NCBI GenBank assembly: GCA_039588935.1
Contig: JBDGYW010000002.1
Location: 2,786-46,714 of the forward strand
Length of the DNA stretch: 43,929 nucleotides
Reading direction: 5' to 3'
DNA from: Gemmatimonadota bacterium
Lineage (GTDB): Bacteria; Gemmatimonadota; Gemmatimonadetes; Gemmatimonadales; GWC2-71-9
Shown: piece after piece, positions 8,953 through 17,620 of the stretch
Layout: every line of letters starts with the position of its first letter
Position numbering within the stretch: position 1 is the stretch's first letter
The notes under the pieces: generated by a model
Seen by the model: only the letters and a program-made list of their open reading frames with translations
Told to the model about the DNA's origin: nothing
The model's database searches: none
Made by a program: the position numbers and the translations under genes

Positions 8953-9373
8953 CCGTTGTCTCCGGTGGTGGTGCTATTTCCTCGAAAATGTTTCCGGGCG
9001 GCTCAGAGTCGGGGGCCGCCCACCCACCGAGGTGAACCTCATCAATCCGTTCCTGGAGCCCATCGATGGGAAGAGTCTCCTCGTCCTCACCAGCCGCCGT
9101 TTCCAACTCGTCGTTCATGCGGGCTTGGGCGCGGCGGAGCGCCTGGCTGTCGGTCTCGTGGGTTGGCTCAACACGGGCGTTGGAGAGGGTGTCAATCACA
9201 CTCTGAAGTGTCTGAAGTGAGCCTCTTAGACTAGCCACCATCTCCTTTTGGCTAGCCACTCTCTCCTTCAAGAACTCCTTCTCCTTGCGGAGTTGTTCAA
9301 TTGCCAACGCCTTGAGATAGCATTGGTTACACACTGTCGGCGGCTTAGGCTCCCTCTCACCAAAGATTCCCAT
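8933..9373 (-). CDS. Hypothetical coiled-coil/acidic protein (146 aa)
   Basis: ATG 9373 with GAGGAGG 9 nt upstream. It overlaps the terL stop and the portal start. Confidence 0.6.
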   Translation of the reverse strand: MGIFGEREPKPPTVCNQCYLKALAIEQLRKEKEFLKERVASQKEMVASLRGSLQTLQSVIDTLSNARVEPTHETDSQALRRAQARMNDELETAAGEDEETLPIDGLQERIDEVHLGGWAAPDSEPPGNIFEEIAPPPETTDDSPDR

Positions 9374-11018
9374 CGGTCATTGCCTCCTCTACTCTCCCTG
9401 CCTCTTCCATGATTGCCCGAAGCGGCCCGAAGATCCTGTCCTTCTGAGCCTTCTCCATGACAGCCTCAATCGTCATGGCTGGCATCGGGTCCGGCCGGAG
9501 GCCCTCCACCTCCAGCGCAAAGTCCAGAAACCGAGCAGCGTCGATGAGGTGGTCGAACGCCTTGCGCGGCTCCTTCACCACCGGCGCGTTCTTCTGGCCG
9601 GCGGCCTTGACTGTCTTCCACACGTACCTACGAATCTGCTCGATCAGCTCCTGGCAGTCGTCACTAACCACCCAAGCTCCGTTCACGATCCAGCTCCGCA
9701 TCACCTCCAGCGATGGCTCCAGCTCCAACTTGCCCCCATGCAGCCCTGGTGCGGAGGAGAGTGCGACGTCATACGCTTCCCAGTGTGCGTGAATCTCTGG
9801 CTTGTGCTGTGAAGCCGGGTCAATGGCGAACACCGGAATCGCCTTCACGATGGCCCCGAACTCCTCAGTGTCAAACACCGGCCCCAGCGTGTCCACCACC
9901 ATTCTCTCCACCTCAGCAAGCGCCGAGTAGATGTCCATCTGGGAGAGGTAGGTGTTCCCTAGCTTGTACCGGCGAATCTCGCCGTCATTGTCGCGGACGA
10001 TGCCACCCAGGACTGCGCCAAAGTATGCCCCAGTGTCGATGCCAATCCCCAGCGTCATTCGGCGGACCAACTCCGGCGGAGGCTGGCCCTCGAAGACGTG
10101 GAGGTCTTCGTTGAACTCCTTCAGCACCCGGCCGGTCTTGAAGGTCATGCGCCCGCGGTACTGCTCGTCGAACGCCTCCTTCGACATGGTTTCCTTGCGG
10201 GCCGCATAGACGTCCTTGGAGTAGTATGGGTTCTCCGTGACATCAGCCTCGCGCATCCACAGCGTCTGGGCAAACGGAACGACACCGTACCAGTACTTGC
10301 GGGGCTCGTTCTTGGTCTGCTTCATGACCCGAGCCCACTCCGCCGCAGAGCAACCCTCGTACTCCTTGGGGGTGGTGTAGATGGTGAGGAACCCCGTCTC
10401 AGTTTGCGGGAGGTTCTTCTCCTGGTTCTCCATGAGCGCCCCGTCGAGCGCGCGCATGGCCTTCTTCTCCAGGATCTCCTGCCCGATGTGCGAGCCCTCG
10501 CCAAAGATCATGCGGGTGAACGCAGAGCCCAACAGGGCGGCACCCTCATCAGCATCCACCGAGAACCCACGCCCCGTCGCGCCCCAGATTGTCTCGTAGT
10601 CATAGTCGTGCTGGCTTGGCCGGTGGATGAACTTCAGCCGGATCAGGGCCTGCGGCGCGTCTTTGAACAGCGTCTTCAAGCCGCGGTAGACGTACTGCCA
10701 CTCCTTGCCAACGTGGTCATAGCGACTCGCCACAACTGCCAGGTTGGACCAGGGGAGCATGGCCTCACACACTCCCTCTGAGCCACCCAAGACGCTCTTG
10801 CCCCACCGCGAACCACCGTGGATGATCTTCTCCCGCTCACGCCGCCTCAACGCCTCGATTTGGCGGTCGTGGAGCGGGGCCGACGGATCCTTGTCGAACC
10901 ACGGCGCGCCTGCCTTGGTGGCCAGGGCAACCTTGGCATCCGGGCCGAGCCGGATGTAGGCGCGACGTTCAATTACGTCACGGAAGGAGATTTTGATTGT
11001 TGCCGCACTTCCAGCCAA
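9357..11018 (-). CDS. terL: Terminase large subunit
   Basis: 553 aa. It has Walker A GGSRWGKS and a Walker B-like RMIFGEG. Nuclease-domain acidic motifs GIGIDTG and DHLIDAARF are present. The start is TTG 11018 with a weak SD. Confidence 0.9.
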   Translation of the reverse strand: MAGSAATIKISFRDVIERRAYIRLGPDAKVALATKAGAPWFDKDPSAPLHDRQIEALRRREREKIIHGGSRWGKSVLGGSEGVCEAMLPWSNLAVVASRYDHVGKEWQYVYRGLKTLFKDAPQALIRLKFIHRPSQHDYDYETIWGATGRGFSVDADEGAALLGSAFTRMIFGEGSHIGQEILEKKAMRALDGALMENQEKNLPQTETGFLTIYTTPKEYEGCSAAEWARVMKQTKNEPRKYWYGVVPFAQTLWMREADVTENPYYSKDVYAARKETMSKEAFDEQYRGRMTFKTGRVLKEFNEDLHVFEGQPPPELVRRMTLGIGIDTGAYFGAVLGGIVRDNDGEIRRYKLGNTYLSQMDIYSALAEVERMVVDTLGPVFDTEEFGAIVKAIPVFAIDPASQHKPEIHAHWEAYDVALSSAPGLHGGKLELEPSLEVMRSWIVNGAWVVSDDCQELIEQIRRYVWKTVKAAGQKNAPVVKEPRKAFDHLIDAARFLDFALEVEGLRPDPMPAMTIEAVMEKAQKDRIFGPLRAIMEEAGRVEEAMTDGNLW

Positions 11019-11074
11019 GTGAAACTCTCTTTTCTTCTACAAGATGCCTGTCAGCCCGCCTGTGCCAAAATGAA

Positions 11075-11278
11075 TCATCGGTAGAACTTCGGCGTGCCGC
11101 CGCGGACCTTGCCGGGCGTGGCAAACAGAAGCGGGACCAACTCGCCCCCGCACTTCACGTCTCCGGGTGCAGCATCAACATCCACAGCGTTGCACTCGCG
11201 GAGCGAAGGCTCGTCTACCTTCTGATCCACCTCCCACTCACCCTTGCACTTCTCGCACCTGTATGCTCTCGTCGGCAT
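11075..11278 (-). CDS. FmdB-type CxxC zinc-ribbon protein (67 aa)
   Basis: The N-terminus MPTRAYRCEKCKGEWEV plus a later Cys pair fits the FmdB/CxxC_CxxC_SSSS pattern. A strong SD (GAGGAGGTGAGAGGGAG) precedes it. Confidence 0.6.
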   Translation of the reverse strand: MPTRAYRCEKCKGEWEVDQKVDEPSLRECNAVDVDAAPGDVKCGGELVPLLFATPGKVRGGTPKFYR

Positions 11279-11296
11279 CTCCCTCTCACCTCCTCA

Positions 11297-11650
11297 TCAC
11301 AGCTGAATGTGTGTCGCGTCGTAAACAGCTTTGCCGGTACTAGATTTGAAACGCCCTCCCCAGGTCAGTCCTAGTGCCTCGGCTACCATCCCCAGCAACT
11401 CCCACGGGTGGTCCTCATCGTATGGATCGTCGCCCTTGAACGCCACATCAACGGCTTCACCGTCCGTGTGGGCACTGTGGGTCGCCGGAGTAATCTTCCG
11501 CAGCCACAGCGCATCCTGGCGCTCCTGGGTACGGTATCCCTCCACAAGGAAGACGGGGTGGCCCAGCATCCACATGACCGTCCGGATGGTGGTCCAGGCG
11601 ACCTGGAGGCGCGGCTTCAGCTTCTTGGTGTCTCGGTCAAGGTCGGCCAT
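11297..11650 (-). CDS. Peptidase M15 (VanY / L-Ala-D-Glu peptidase-like) endolysin
   Basis: The motifs VEGYRTQERQDALW...SAHTDGEAVDV...WGGRF...DATHIQ fit the zinc D,D-/L,D-peptidase fold. I prefer ATG 11650, which forms a TGATG overlap with the upstream stop, over the track start at 11734. Confidence 0.75.
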   Translation of the reverse strand: MADLDRDTKKLKPRLQVAWTTIRTVMWMLGHPVFLVEGYRTQERQDALWLRKITPATHSAHTDGEAVDVAFKGDDPYDEDHPWELLGMVAEALGLTWGGRFKSSTGKAVYDATHIQL

Positions 11651-12066
11651 CAATTCAACCCCCGCCGCTTCAACTCCTCTGGCGTTGCCCACCAATAATG
11701 ACTCGTACCAGCAAACCTCAAAATGGTCTGGCACCCAAACACCGCAGCCCGCACAGGAAAACCCTGGCGGATGAAATCAATCTCTAGGAGGCCGTCGATC
11801 ACGACCCGATTCATGTCTGACCGCTCGTCATTTGGATAGGGACGAGCTGCTGCCAATGCGATCAGTGGGTAGTCTCTCGGAACCGCCCAACCGAGGTAGT
11901 AACGCAGGTCGTGCCACCAAGCCGACTCCCGAAGGTCAATACGGATCCAGTCGAACCACGTTAGGGGATTCCACCACACGCCACCCCACACCATTGGCTG
12001 GTCGGGAATGCCTGTTGCGTAGTCGGTTGTGAAGCCCTTCGGCCAGAAATCTACCGGGGGTATCAT
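11650..12066 (-). CDS. Trp-rich protein, DUF1353-like (138 aa)
   Basis: GFTTDYATGIP...SAWWHDLRYY...ERSDMNRVVIDGL resembles the DUF1353 pattern (F-TD-AS-P ... HD-LY ... R-D). It has an ATGA overlap with the upstream small gene. Confidence 0.45.
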   Translation of the reverse strand: MIPPVDFWPKGFTTDYATGIPDQPMVWGGVWWNPLTWFDWIRIDLRESAWWHDLRYYLGWAVPRDYPLIALAAARPYPNDERSDMNRVVIDGLLEIDFIRQGFPVRAAVFGCQTILRFAGTSHYWWATPEELKRRGLN

Positions 12067-12239
12067 TGTCTGCGTCGCCTCATACGCTGCCTCTGAGCCG
12101 CCGGGGCTCTCCGACGCGCTGCTTTAGAGTACTCAATCGCTCGAAGCTGAGCCTCCGCCTTCTCTTTGGAATCGTGTGAGCCCAGCAGTTTCCCAGCCTT
12201 CGACCGCACCACGTGCTTCCCCTTCTCCTGGCGAATCAT
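12063..12239 (-). CDS. Small basic protein (58 aa), below the ORF-track size cutoff
   Basis: Own translation: MIRQEKGKHVVRSKAGKLLGSHDSKEKAEAQLRAIEYSKAARRRAPAAQRQRMRRRRQ. The G-x-LG-x-x-SKE-AE-x-x-LR-x-IEY pattern recurs in small phage proteins. The gene exactly fills the terS to DUF1353 gap. Confidence 0.55.
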   Translation of the reverse strand: MIRQEKGKHVVRSKAGKLLGSHDSKEKAEAQLRAIEYSKAARRRAPAAQRQRMRRRRQ

Positions 12240-12241
12240 CT

Positions 12242-12883
12242 CTACGGCTTCCCCTCGAAGCGGGCATCCCTCGGTCCAGTCCTCGGCCTCTTGCGCCCGT
12301 CCGTCTCCACCGGAACCGGGACGGGCTTTGGCTCGCCGGTGAACATTTTCGACATTGGCACGGTAACCTCAATCGGAAGCTCAACGTGATGCTGCTCGTA
12401 GCAATGGGGACAGTAGACGTCGCCCTCCACAGTGCCAGGCAGCGGCACCACCACCTCGGCCCCCACCTCACACATGATGTCCGCCCACTTCTCGGCGGCG
12501 TCTCGGAACCCCAGCTTGTCCTCGTCATCCAAGATTCGATTCGCCGCACGCAGGGCCTCCTGCGAGTCGCCGAAGCGGACTTGGTCAGTGAGGGTCTCTC
12601 TGGCAGCCTCAGACGCCGGGGCTCGCAGTTCAGCAACGTATGCTTTGATGTGATCTTTCTTGAGCAGCGCCGACGCAAACTTGGCAATGTTCCGGTTGTC
12701 GAGCGGAGGACCAGTTCGGTTCCCACGGGAGTCCCGCCGGAATGCCTTGCCATCCTCAAGCACCAGGAACGAACGCCGGTACGCTTCGGCCTGGTTCTTG
12801 CCACCCAACGCCAGGTACATGCGGACGAACCGTTTCTCATCCTCGTTGACGGCGTGTCGGGCAGATACGGCGGAAGTGGCCAT
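12242..12883 (-). CDS. terS: Terminase small subunit (Terminase_2-like)
   Basis: The N-terminus EKRFVRMYLALGGKNQAEAYRRSF...AKFASALLKKDHIKAYV fits the small-terminase HTH-region pattern. It has an ATGA overlap with the upstream fibre gene. Confidence 0.5.
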   Translation of the reverse strand: MATSAVSARHAVNEDEKRFVRMYLALGGKNQAEAYRRSFLVLEDGKAFRRDSRGNRTGPPLDNRNIAKFASALLKKDHIKAYVAELRAPASEAARETLTDQVRFGDSQEALRAANRILDDEDKLGFRDAAEKWADIMCEVGAEVVVPLPGTVEGDVYCPHCYEQHHVELPIEVTVPMSKMFTGEPKPVPVPVETDGRKRPRTGPRDARFEGKP

Positions 12884-13926
12884 CAGGAAATCCTCTGGAC
12901 GGTGAGATACACGATGTAGCCGCTTCCACCCTTGACACGCATCCCCGTTCCGGCGCGGGTGACGCTGGGTCGGTGTCCAAGCCCAATCTTGAAAGTGTTG
13001 GCAGGCGTCACCACAAGCTCTGGAAAATCGGCATGTCCGTATTGGCCACCTGTGCCGTTTGTGAGTCGGCCAGTAGAGGTGATGTAGGTGACGCCGTCCG
13101 CTACCACCCCATTCGCCCCAATGACGATTCCGAGGTCCACGTATCCGTTGCCCCCCAAATCCTCTTCGTAGGTGGCGTGGGCACAGATTTTGTAGACCTT
13201 CGTTCCGTCCGCGCCACCGTCAGGGAACGCCAAGGCTGTCACACCGGCGTCGTCCTGCCACGTCGCAGCGGTGATCAAGTTCTGGTCAGCGGCCACATAG
13301 GTGGTGCTCACTGGTGTCCATCCGGCTGTTGCAGCTGCCGTAAGACGCCCCTGTTGGTCCACGGTGATGGAGGCTTGAACATAGGATCCAGGCGTTACCG
13401 CGGTGTCAGCAAGGTCCAGCGTCCTCGACGCAGCGATGGTTCCGCCGCCGTCAATGCCAGTTCCAGCGATCACCTGAACACCGGAGTGGTCAATGTGGTC
13501 GTTGGCCACCCAGTTCGTCAGAGCGTCGTGGTCAATGTCGCCTTCGTGGTTGGTGACGTTGGATGACTTGATGCGGGCATCATCAAAAGTACCGGAAGTC
13601 ACCTGGGAAGCCGCAATCGTCAAGCCAACCCCAGCACCCCAAGTGCCGCGGGCAGTCCAGGTTCCGCTGGGATGCTTGGCATCGGCCCCAGTGTTTTCCT
13701 CCAGGACGAAGTCGCTTCCGGACGTGCGAATGCACCAGGCGTAGGTTGCGGTTCCGTCGGAGAAGTAGAGGCCGTTGAGGAGGTCAGCCGGCTCAGACCC
13801 AGTGATATACTTCATCCTCCACAGCGACAACAAGCCCTTAATCGCCGGAACGGCGTTCGGCCAGTTGTAAGCAATGGTGTCTCCGGTGCTGAGGAGATCA
13901 GTGAAGTCTGATTCAGTTGCTGCCAT
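12883..13926 (-). CDS. Tail fibre protein
   Basis: QVTSGTFDDARI...HIDHSG...TAVTPGSYVQASITVDQQGRLTAA are motifs common in phage tail fibres. ATG 13926 is preferred over TTG 13929. Confidence 0.7.
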   Translation of the reverse strand: MAATESDFTDLLSTGDTIAYNWPNAVPAIKGLLSLWRMKYITGSEPADLLNGLYFSDGTATYAWCIRTSGSDFVLEENTGADAKHPSGTWTARGTWGAGVGLTIAASQVTSGTFDDARIKSSNVTNHEGDIDHDALTNWVANDHIDHSGVQVIAGTGIDGGGTIAASRTLDLADTAVTPGSYVQASITVDQQGRLTAAATAGWTPVSTTYVAADQNLITAATWQDDAGVTALAFPDGGADGTKVYKICAHATYEEDLGGNGYVDLGIVIGANGVVADGVTYITSTGRLTNGTGGQYGHADFPELVVTPANTFKIGLGHRPSVTRAGTGMRVKGGSGYIVYLTVQRIS

Positions 13927-13929
13927 CAA

Positions 13930-14217
13930 CTAGCCCCAGTAGTTCCTTTCAGCTTCGTTCCTGGAAATCCTACGCTTCACCCAGTTGCGATCACCAATCT
14001 CGATCCCCGCCTCTGGCAGACCAGAAACAGCCCACCGGATGAGCCTCACATCAGAGGCCGGCTTCACCTCAATGACAACACGCTGGCGATCTTTTCCGTA
14101 CCGAGGCACAAACCTGGCCCCCAAAAGAGAAGACGTTCGTGCGTTTGTCAACTTCTGGATGACGTTGAGAACCCGAAGATCCATGATTGCGTAAATGCTG
14201 TACCTCTTGTCAGCCAA
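13930..14217 (-). CDS. Hypothetical protein (95 aa)
   Basis: TTG 14217 lies 8 nt after GGGGGAG. The gene fits tightly between the two fibre genes. Confidence 0.5.
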   Translation of the reverse strand: MADKRYSIYAIMDLRVLNVIQKLTNARTSSLLGARFVPRYGKDRQRVVIEVKPASDVRLIRWAVSGLPEAGIEIGDRNWVKRRISRNEAERNYWG

Positions 14218-14220
14218 CGA

Positions 14221-15384
14221 TCACACTCCCCCATCGCCAGGATATTGTCCGACGATGTCGGTAGCATCAATGTTGGCTGCATTGTCCATGATGTCCCAGC
14301 CAGCCCCCAGCGGGTCCAACGAGTAATCGCGGCCCATGTCCCACGGTATGTAGCCAAGCTTGAACCAATGCGTCAGGTTAGCAGCCATATCATAGCCTAC
14401 ATCCGGAGAGTTCCGAAGGTAATTGAGCGGCTCACGCGGGTCTTCATCAACAGAAGACATCGACACAACTTGAGCAGGTGTAGCAGCCACGTCAAAGATG
14501 GCCACGTCATAGATGAGGCCCGCATACATGCTTGCGCCACCAGTTGTTGCAGCAACCGTAACAGTCATGTCTGTTTGAATTGAAGAGGGAACAAAGTCAA
14601 TGTTGGTGATGGCGAATGGAGGATACTGGAGACCATCGAGATACCAAAGCAACTCGCCAAGTTTGCCATTTTGGTCTGTGGCTGTAGCATCAAATGTAAA
14701 CACCCAAAGCCGCCAAGCATTAGGCCTAACGAACCCGCCACCGTGAGCCGAGTGGAAATCCTTTTGTGTAGCCACTGCGTCTCCAACACCAAAATGAGAC
14801 TCAAGAGTCTTTGGCGTCAAGTAGAAGTAGATGTGTCCAAGAGTACCAGCAGATGGAGTCGCAGACTTAAAGTCAAACAGGTATTCATTTGCGGAAGTGT
14901 CTGCGCACGTCAACCACACAGCAATCGTAAAACCAGTCTTCGCACCACCAATGAGGCTCCCAGTCGTTGCGTCCTTCATGTACTCCACAAGGCCATCGAA
15001 GGAAACGGAAACCTGTGAGTCGTTCAAGAACAGAGTGGGAGCCCCGGATGTGCCTCCCTCTGTCATCTCTTCGGTTTTCCAGTCGTCCCAATCTTCGGTG
15101 GGCCGGAAGTAGAGGCGCTCCGTAAACCAATCCCGGCCAAGGCGAGCAGCATCCTCGCGGGGCGGGAAGTAGTCCCACTCCGAATGGAGGGGGTCAGGTC
15201 GAGCGCCAGCAGCGGGATTGAGGCTCCAGCTGGTTCCGGGGTCTCCAGAAGGCTTGTCGGACCAGCTAGTTCCGGGGTCTCCGGAAGGCTTGTCGGTCCA
15301 GCTGGTTCCGGGGTCTCCAGAAGGTTTGTCGGTCCAGCTGGTTCCGGGGCTTCCAGCGGGCTTCTTTGTCCAGCTGGTGCTCAT
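14221..15384 (-). CDS. Fibre / receptor-binding-type protein with N-terminal 12-aa repeats and a LamG / concanavalin-like domain
   Basis: The N-terminus has (TSWTDKPSGDPG) x4. The body (GFTIAVWLTCADTSANEYLFDFKS...GHIYFYL...WRLWVFTFD) looks like a laminin-G/pentraxin-type jelly roll. ATG 15384 forms an ATGA overlap. Confidence 0.6.
   Translation of the reverse strand: MSTSWTKKPAGSPGTSWTDKPSGDPGTSWTDKPSGDPGTSWSDKPSGDPGTSWSLNPAAGARPDPLHSEWDYFPPREDAARLGRDWFTERLYFRPTEDWDDWKTEEMTEGGTSGAPTLFLNDSQVSVSFDGLVEYMKDATTGSLIGGAKTGFTIAVWLTCADTSANEYLFDFKSATPSAGTLGHIYFYLTPKTLESHFGVGDAVATQKDFHSAHGGGFVRPNAWRLWVFTFDATATDQNGKLGELLWYLDGLQYPPFAITNIDFVPSSIQTDMTVTVAATTGGASMYAGLIYDVAIFDVAATPAQVVSMSSVDEDPREPLNYLRNSPDVGYDMAANLTHWFKLGYIPWDMGRDYSLDPLGAGWDIMDNAANIDATDIVGQYPGDGGV
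15226..15384 (-). repeat. In-frame 36-bp tandem repeat, ~4.4 copies
   Basis: The units start at 15226, 15262, 15298, 15334 and 15370 (ccagctggttccggggtctccagaaggcttgtcgg-type). There are few substitutions. Confidence 0.9.
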
Positions 15385-15566
15385 CGCTTCGCCAGCGCAA
15401 CCTCACGCTCCGAAACCGCCTCCTTTGCACCCACCCGCCGCCTGTTGGCACAGGAAGGACACCGCGAAGGTCCGCGAAGGTTATGGGGGACAGTGTACCC
15501 AAGCCCGCAGCCAGAGCACCGCACCACGCGAACAGTCCTGATCTTGGAACTAAGCGTCGCCACCAA
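15381..15566 (-). CDS. CxxC...CxxC zinc-ribbon protein (about 55-61 aa; start uncertain)
   Basis: RCSGCGLGYTV...SRCPSCANRR. The track start is TTG 15566, and GTG codons lie further in. Confidence 0.45.
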   Translation of the reverse strand: MVATLSSKIRTVRVVRCSGCGLGYTVPHNLRGPSRCPSCANRRRVGAKEAVSEREVALAKR

Positions 15567-15795
15567 GCTCGTCCTTCGGCCTCCGCTTCTCCGCCTCGGC
15601 CATGATTTCCTTCAGATCCTTGTCGCTGTCGCGCTTGAACTTCGCCAGCAGAGAATCGGGGTCGCCCTCTACCTTCTCGAAGTCAAGGTCGGGGATAGAC
15701 TCCAGCCCAGACTCAAACCTCGACAGCCTCTGCTTCTCCAGCTGCTCCAGCTTGCGGCGGGCCTCTTCCTCTTTACGCTCTGCTGTCGATTGCAT
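15550..15795 (-). CDS. Hypothetical charged coiled-coil protein (81 aa)
   Basis: ATG 15795 lies 8 nt after GGAG. The track start at 15798 is the adjacent GTG. Confidence 0.55.
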   Translation of the reverse strand: MQSTAERKEEEARRKLEQLEKQRLSRFESGLESIPDLDFEKVEGDPDSLLAKFKRDSDKDLKEIMAEAEKRRPKDELGGDA

Positions 15796-15813
15796 CACAC
15801 GACTCCAAAAGTT

Positions 15814-15849
15814 GGGGGCCCTTCGCTTCGCCGGTTGAAGGTCAGCCCC
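15814..15849 (-). terminator. Imperfect GC-rich hairpin followed by AACUUUUGG on the sense strand (weak terminator/attenuator candidate)
   Basis: gggggcccttc ... gaagg-tca-gccccc lies in the 107-nt spacer between the 15906 stop and the 15795 start. Confidence 0.3.
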
Positions 15850-15905
15850 CGTCAGCCAACACCAGGCCCAGCGAACAAGCCCAGGCGCACCGGACGGGCT
15901 GAATC

Positions 15906-16199
15906 TTAGACGTAGCCTTTGCCTGGAGTTTGTTCTTCTTTGGCTGCCTGCGCTGCTTTATCCTCGACCAGCTTCTTACACAACTCCGCCACTGGTCCAA
16001 AATCCGGTTCAGTCGGCATCAGCATGATCCGTGCGTTCGGAATGGCCCAGCGCACCAGGCGGCGACCGAGGTCGAAGGCAATGGTCTTGGCTGAGCCCTC
16101 GAAGAAGCCGGGTTCCTTGACGACTTCAGGGGCTGGCAGCGGGTTACATGCCTTACAAACGCAGCGGGGAATTTCCTTAGTTCCATCCTCAGCCATCAT
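15906..16199 (-). CDS. Hypothetical protein (97 aa)
   Basis: ATGATG at 16199-16194 is preferred over the upstream-extended track start (16247). The product begins MMAEDGTKEIPRCVCKACN. Confidence 0.5.
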   Translation of the reverse strand: MMAEDGTKEIPRCVCKACNPLPAPEVVKEPGFFEGSAKTIAFDLGRRLVRWAIPNARIMLMPTEPDFGPVAELCKKLVEDKAAQAAKEEQTPGKGYV

Positions 16200-16626
16200 T
16201 TGTTTTGCTTGCCTCAGTTGCCGCCACATCGGCCCCAGTAGGAGCAACGATTTGCGGCGAGGAACCCTGGAAGATGAAGGCGTCCACGGCGTCGGTGTAG
16301 TCGAGGAGAGCTTCAGCGAATTCGAGCTTTGCTTGCGCGATCTTGTCGAAGATCTCCAGCTTGACGTCCTCTAGGTGCTGATGCTCCTGGGGTTCGTCAA
16401 ACCTCAGCCGCTCCTCCTCGAATGCTCCATTCAGCTTCGTTCCGCCAAGCAAGACGTCCCTAGCCTGCAACAGCGCCCGCACCTTGCCTTCCGCGTTGGT
16501 GGCGAGCGCCTTGGCCTGCTCTGCGGCGATCTTGAGGGGATCGGAGTCGGCGATCTGCTCTGAGGCGGCCCGGAGCTGCCTCTGTTGGTGCTTGCGGCGA
16601 ATTGCTCGATTTGTTGCTCGTGACAC
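16189..16626 (-). CDS. Hypothetical protein (145 aa)
   Basis: GTG 16626 lies 9 nt after GGGAGGTG. The N-terminus is basic and the body helical. Confidence 0.55.
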   Translation of the reverse strand: MSRATNRAIRRKHQQRQLRAASEQIADSDPLKIAAEQAKALATNAEGKVRALLQARDVLLGGTKLNGAFEEERLRFDEPQEHQHLEDVKLEIFDKIAQAKLEFAEALLDYTDAVDAFIFQGSSPQIVAPTGADVAATEASKTNDG

Positions 16627-16666
16627 GTTGAATTACACCTCCCAGTGTTAGTGATTGTCGTTGTTG

Positions 16667-16984
16667 TTAGTTGGACCCAAGAGTCCCATACATGAGGACA
16701 GTGGCGAAGCCACCCCCCGCGACGGAACGAGTCATTGCAAGTCCGTCAGCGGAGTAGAAGGACGGAATCACGTAAGTTCGGTTGGCGGCGTTGCATTTGA
16801 GCCGGAAAAGCTCAGTTCCAGCGGCGTTCTGGACCAAAAGGATCCCAGCAGCGGTTTGCCAGGTGATACTGATGCGCTTCACACGAACAGGACCAGTAGC
16901 GAAGGTTGTTTTGACGGCATCCACCTCGCCAAAGCCCCAATCCTCCACAAATGTTGTTGTGTCGTTGTAGCCACCGTTAATCAT
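16667..16984 (-). CDS. Small paralog D (type 2; 105 aa)
   Basis: MINGGYNDTTTF...PVRVKRISI...LFRLKC...YVIPS. ATG 16984 lies inside the GATGATTAA overlap with paralog C. The track ORF (16667..17218) is an unsupported N-terminal extension. Confidence 0.65.
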   Translation of the reverse strand: MINGGYNDTTTFVEDWGFGEVDAVKTTFATGPVRVKRISITWQTAAGILLVQNAAGTELFRLKCNAANRTYVIPSFYSADGLAMTRSVAGGGFATVLMYGTLGSN

Positions 16985-17285
16985 CGTAATACACCACCGT
17001 AAACCCTTTGTCAGCGGTTGCCCCAGCTGGAGCAGCCACCTTGAAGCCGTTGAACTTTGCACCCAGCGGGATGGTAATCGACTCTTCGGCAGCTGGGTAG
17101 TAGCTGGCAATCGAGTTGTTTGCGCCGTCGGTGAGGCGAAGCTCAACGGTTGCTCCGGCACCATTGTAGACGGTGATCCACGCCACCCTAAACGGAGTTC
17201 CAGTGGCAGCCAAAACACGGGGGGTGGTGCCGAGATTGTAGTGAACGACGCCTCTGGGGTACTCAGTTTGGTCGTTGTACGCCAT
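16977..17285 (-). CDS. Small paralog C (type 1; 102 aa)
   Basis: MAYNDQTEYPRG...FRVAWI...ITIPLGAKFNGFKV aligns with paralog A. Confidence 0.7.
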   Translation of the reverse strand: MAYNDQTEYPRGVVHYNLGTTPRVLAATGTPFRVAWITVYNGAGATVELRLTDGANNSIASYYPAAEESITIPLGAKFNGFKVAAPAGATADKGFTVVYYDD

Positions 17286-17293
17286 GTTGTCTT

Positions 17294-17620
17294 TTACCCA
17301 GCGTATTGAAGCCGCGGCTTGGAAACAGTAATATCAGCATATTCCCCAGCACCGCAGTTGATCACAAGGCCATTCGGCCAAAAAGTTCCGGGGACCGAGT
17401 AGACTTTGTAGGGAGCGCATTTCATCGAAAAATACGGAGTTACCCCATCATACTGATAGAAGGTGAAAGTGGAAGACACCGCATCAACACTGAGGTTGAT
17501 GTCCTTTGTTCTGACAGGAGCGTTACTCGTTTCAATATCCGCAGTTGCGCCGGGACCAATACCAGAGGCAATGTGATACTCAAGCTGTCCATACTCAGTT
17601 TGATCGTTGTAACCGGACAT
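17294..17620 (-). CDS. Small paralog B (type 2; 108 aa)
   Basis: MSGYNDQTEYG...PVRTKDINL...YFSMKC...YSVPG aligns with paralog D. ATG 17620 forms a TGATG overlap with A. The DNA is visibly less GC-rich than its neighbours. Confidence 0.65.
   Translation of the reverse strand: MSGYNDQTEYGQLEYHIASGIGPGATADIETSNAPVRTKDINLSVDAVSSTFTFYQYDGVTPYFSMKCAPYKVYSVPGTFWPNGLVINCGAGEYADITVSKPRLQYAG

Noticed and set aside
15226-15384. Diversity-generating retroelement (template/variable repeat) explanation for the fibre repeats
   Set aside because: The repeats are contiguous, in-frame tandem copies. No reverse transcriptase or separated template repeat exists in the window.
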